This document shows positions 17,777 to 20,691 of a DNA stretch of 20,691 nucleotides, in pieces. The notes under the pieces are model-generated. The model saw only the letters and a program-made list of their open reading frames with translations. It was not told the origin of the DNA and did no database searches. Each line of letters begins with the position of its first letter. Position 1 is the stretch's first letter. This DNA comes from Thermodesulfovibrionales bacterium (GTDB lineage Bacteria; Nitrospirota; Thermodesulfovibrionia; Thermodesulfovibrionales; SM23-35), in the NCBI GenBank assembly GCA_963715195.1, contig CAVQRT010000020.1, positions 1 through 20,691 of the forward strand, written 5' to 3'. The position numbers and the translations under genes were made by a program.

Positions 17777-17956
17777 TTATGTCTCTTCTTTTTTAGGGCT
17801 ATCCTTGGGTGCTTCTATTTCTTCAGATTCAGATATACCCTTTTTGAAATTTTTGATTGCGTCACCCATGCCACTTCCAAGCTGTGGAAGCTTTGATGCA
17901 CCAAATAGAACAACAACTATTATCCCGACAATGATTAGCTCCGGTGTTCCAAGCAT
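17777..17956 (-). CDS. tatA: Twin-arginine translocase subunit TatA/E (59 aa)
   Basis: MLGTPELIIVGIIVVVLFGASKLPQLGSGMGDAIKNFKKG (FG..KLP motif); SD GAGGTG. No tatB or tatC next to it. Confidence 0.95.
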   Translation of the reverse strand: MLGTPELIIVGIIVVVLFGASKLPQLGSGMGDAIKNFKKGISESEEIEAPKDSPKKEET

Positions 17957-18160
17957 TGTATGTTTCACCTCTTTTTTTAAATTTACATCTATATTATACA
18001 ATTTAGGTAATATATCGAGTTAGTTTATTGAGTTCCAGTTGGACCATGCACTTTTTGATCACACTCGCAATCTGTTTAGTTCGGACAGTAATTCGCAGGA
18101 ATAAATATTTTCAGCGGTGCAAACTCCTATGTGTATTGAACAAATTGAAGAAATAACGAA

Positions 18161-18838
18161 CTAATCAGTGACTAGGTTCACAACATCATGATATCCAGAT
18201 CCCAAGTCCATTTGAGTTACAATGCTGATGATTTCAGAAAGACTGGTCGCGTATGCCGTCTTTCCCAAGACTCTAGTTTCAAGTGTAATCTCTGCTTCAG
18301 GATTTGTAATCGTAATTTTATGGTACGCGTGCCGAGCTAAATATTCATCTGGTATGGCGAATATCTTCTGCTGCCGTTCTGGATTCCGTTCTGATTGAAT
18401 TTCAGATTCGGAAACACCTAGCTGATTTGCGAGGTATATCGCTGTCCCCGGCTTTGTCTTTTTGGTCGCTTGATGTGACTCCGTGATCTCAATAGTCTGG
18501 CCCTTAAAATATCGGGAAACTTGCCGGACCATCGCCATGAAACGTATCATCTGCAAGTTAACATTCGGACATATGATCACCGGAAAGTCCACAATACCTG
18601 GAATCATAGAATCTGCAGTCGAGAGCTCAAATAGTAAGGTATTTGTATTGGTACAATAGTCGATTACCTCTGGTAACTCACGCCCAGACCCGGCATGGAC
18701 AACGATCCTAGAATCCGAGCCTGATGTTGATCGATCATCCCAACGGATTGTCCGAGATATCACATCTCCATTCAGACTTTCCATCAATTCGTTTGCCAAC
18801 TTGCCCCGACCAACAACCAAGATCTCAACTCTCTTCAT
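18161..18838 (-). CDS. Dihydrodipicolinate reductase-like protein (plant-type DapB-like)
   Basis: Rossmann start LVVGRGKLA, ICPN, ESHQATKKTKPGTA, RNPERQ...IPDEYLARHAYH. Start uncertain (18838 or 18859). Confidence 0.75.
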   Translation of the reverse strand: MKRVEILVVGRGKLANELMESLNGDVISRTIRWDDRSTSGSDSRIVVHAGSGRELPEVIDYCTNTNTLLFELSTADSMIPGIVDFPVIICPNVNLQMIRFMAMVRQVSRYFKGQTIEITESHQATKKTKPGTAIYLANQLGVSESEIQSERNPERQQKIFAIPDEYLARHAYHKITITNPEAEITLETRVLGKTAYATSLSEIISIVTQMDLGSGYHDVVNLVTD

Positions 18839-19037
18839 ATTGCTGTTTCCTATACCCATGCACCGAAGACGTCCTTCTAACACTTATTTTTATGTGTATT
18901 CAGCACAAGTATATCAGGTTTAATTAGTGTGTACTACTAACAGGAATCAACAGAGGTTAGAAATTGTGGTATTGAGTACTGCTATGTGCTTTTATGAACA
19001 AGGCACCTCAGGCATATACACATAAAAGTTAAATACT

Positions 19038-19481
19038 TTATTTCTCCGCCTCGTGCGACTTTTTAAATAAAGTTTTTTCTGCACAGCGAATCACTGCCAG
19101 GTCGATCCGGCTGATACTATCACGCTTCCAGCCCTTTCCTCCTCTCTTGCCATCGCCGCCCATTGATAAAAGATCCATGCCTGTGTCCTGTTGACGCCAA
19201 GCCAAAGAGGTTAGTATGTATTTATTCCCCCAGGGATCGCGGGGAAGTTGTGAAATTGTTTCGGGAACCATATCTTCTAAGGCATGAGGAAATCTTCTGT
19301 GCTTACAGTAGTAAAGGATAACCGCGGCTTTAATTTCTGACAAGTCATTGGATGCGATTGAATATTTCTCCGCAATTTTTGGGTCGTGCCCTTTTAATTG
19401 AATTATTATGCTCCATGCAACAATCACAATTATCAAAAGTATGAGGATAATATAAATAACTGAATCCTTTTTAGGAGCCAT
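19038..19481 (-). CDS. Membrane-anchored GspG/T2SSG-domain (pseudopilin-like) protein
   Basis: N-terminal TM helix, DL..IKAAV..Y.....FP..L..M, LPRDPWGNKY, LLSMGGDGKRGGKG. Lacks the G/FTLxE prepilin motif. Confidence 0.75.
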   Translation of the reverse strand: MAPKKDSVIYIILILLIIVIVAWSIIIQLKGHDPKIAEKYSIASNDLSEIKAAVILYYCKHRRFPHALEDMVPETISQLPRDPWGNKYILTSLAWRQQDTGMDLLSMGGDGKRGGKGWKRDSISRIDLAVIRCAEKTLFKKSHEAEK

Positions 19482-19550
19482 TCCCTAATGTCCCTCTTTT
19501 GATAATGCGTTCGCTGATCACAATTAAATCGTTCAACACAACAAAACGCG

Positions 19551-19745
19551 TCAACTGCATACCTCCTTGACTCGTCCCACATCTCCAGAGGTCAACCTTA
19601 CTTTTATCCCGTGAGGATGCGAGGGGGATTTTGTCAGAATATCCCTGACAACTCCTTCTGTTAATTTGCCGCTTTTCTGGTCTTTTTTTAATACGATCCT
19701 GACCTTAAGGCCCTGCCTTATATCCACTCTTTTCCTTCCATCCAT
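19551..19745 (-). CDS. ywbE: YwbE family protein (DUF2196)
   Basis: IVLKKDQKSGKLTEGVVRDILTKSPSHPHGIKVRLTSGDVGRVK. Confidence 0.92.
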   Translation of the reverse strand: MDGRKRVDIRQGLKVRIVLKKDQKSGKLTEGVVRDILTKSPSHPHGIKVRLTSGDVGRVKEVCS

Positions 19746-19981
19746 ATTCGTATTATATATTCTTCTTCTTTATTAAATGAAAAGTCATCAAAGACCACCT
19801 CTATCTGATTTTTTTATCCCACCTGCGTCCAGATTCACAATGAAGAATGCCTTTTTTCTTATATACCGAATCCATCTTACTGCTTACTGAACCAAGAGGG
19901 CCCTCCCAAAGTCTGTCAGACAAGGAACACTGAGTGAATGGCCGGATGAAAATATTTCAGGACGCGAAAGTGTAATTTTAC

Positions 19982-20010
19982 TTGACATAATATTAATCAT
20001 TTGCTATATT
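19982..20010 (+). promoter_or_regulatory. Near-consensus sigma70 promoter
   Basis: TTGACA-17 nt-TATATT with TG extension, 36 nt upstream of ATG 20047. Confidence 0.8.
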
Positions 20011-20046
20011 TTAATAGATTAAAAATTCCAATAAACGCAACGCTCC

Positions 20047-20691
20047 ATGAATACAATAAAAAAATACTCAACATTATATTCCTTTATTATTTTATTTATT
20101 TTAACAATAATATCGGCATTTACAATGAATGCAGATGGATACTTTGAAACAAAGCACTCTATGTATGCTATTAATGGACCTCCTCATGGGCTCACAATAG
20201 ACCCTGCTAATAATATAGCTATAGCTTTATATTTGAAAGCAGGCACTATCGCGGTATTTGATATCGAGGCTGAAGACCTCCTCGGAACAGTACCCGTTGG
20301 AAAGACACCTCAAGGCATTGCAATTGATGGAGATCTCAAGGTCGCTGTCGTCGGAAATACGCACGATAGCACCATAACGATAATCGATCTTGCAACTTTC
20401 GATATCCTCGCAAAAGTTCCTCTCAATAGAGAACCGGGAAATATATCGATAAATACGACCTCTCATGAGGCCTTTGTTGTACACCCAAAGGATAATTCTC
20501 TCTCCGTAATAGATCTACTCACTTGTAAAATAATCGGACATATACCTGTTGGAAAGGGATCAATTGATCTCGCGCTGGACACCGAACTCGGCATAGGGAT
20601 TGTTGTCAGCTCAAAAAGACTCTATAATTTCGATCATAGACCTGCATACCTACCAAGTAATAAAGAGATTACCAACAGGAAATAAACCAAA
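20047..20691 (+). CDS. Exported YncE/YVTN-type beta-propeller repeat protein; partial, probably continues past the window end
   Basis: Hydrophobic N-terminus; repeats VPVGKTPQGIAID, AVVGN..DSTITIIDL, DNSLSVIDL..IPVG. Deleting one A in the run at 20613-20617 gives another blade (KDSIISIIDLHTYQVIKRLPTGNKP) open to the end. Confidence 0.85.

Noticed and set aside
19890..19980. c-di-GMP-I riboswitch (GGACGCGAAAG resemblance)
   Set aside because: Upstream stem elements are missing and it lies upstream of the predicted promoter.
1..20691. tRNA or rRNA genes
   Set aside because: No cloverleaf or rRNA-like sequence recognised in any intergenic region.

Overview
The window has two parts. Positions 1-13774 are core genome of a dissimilatory sulfur-metabolising bacterium, probably Nitrospirota/Thermodesulfovibrionia-like (inferred from gene order and AprBA type). 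On the minus strand is an rdgB-adk-sat-aprB-aprA-(terminator)-qmoA-qmoB cluster, divergent from a plus-strand RDD-mreB-mreC-mreD-mrdA operon that has no rodA after it. The sulfur genes are split by about 24 single-base indels, 20 of them in aprBA. Corrected by hand they give complete, stop-free proteins, so this is most likely unpolished long-read error rather than pseudogenisation. Positions 13775-15213 hold a dense cluster of palindromic repeats (perfect 28-bp inverted repeats, nested REP-like hairpins), and one repeat supplies the stop codon of engB. Positions ~15200-20691 are a visibly AT-richer accessory region: a secreted acidic Cys-rich protein with a sigma54 promoter, an IHF site and a KR-type Tat-like signal; a compact IS200 (tnpA only); an orphan tatA; a plant-type DapB-like gene; an orphan GspG-like pseudopilin without a prepilin cleavage site; ywbE; and a YVTN beta-propeller gene running off the end. 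Best candidates for something new: the sigma54/Tat-like metal-binding protein with its neighbouring tatA, the nested palindromic element cluster, the structured sat-aprB spacer, and three promoters placed for leaderless transcription.
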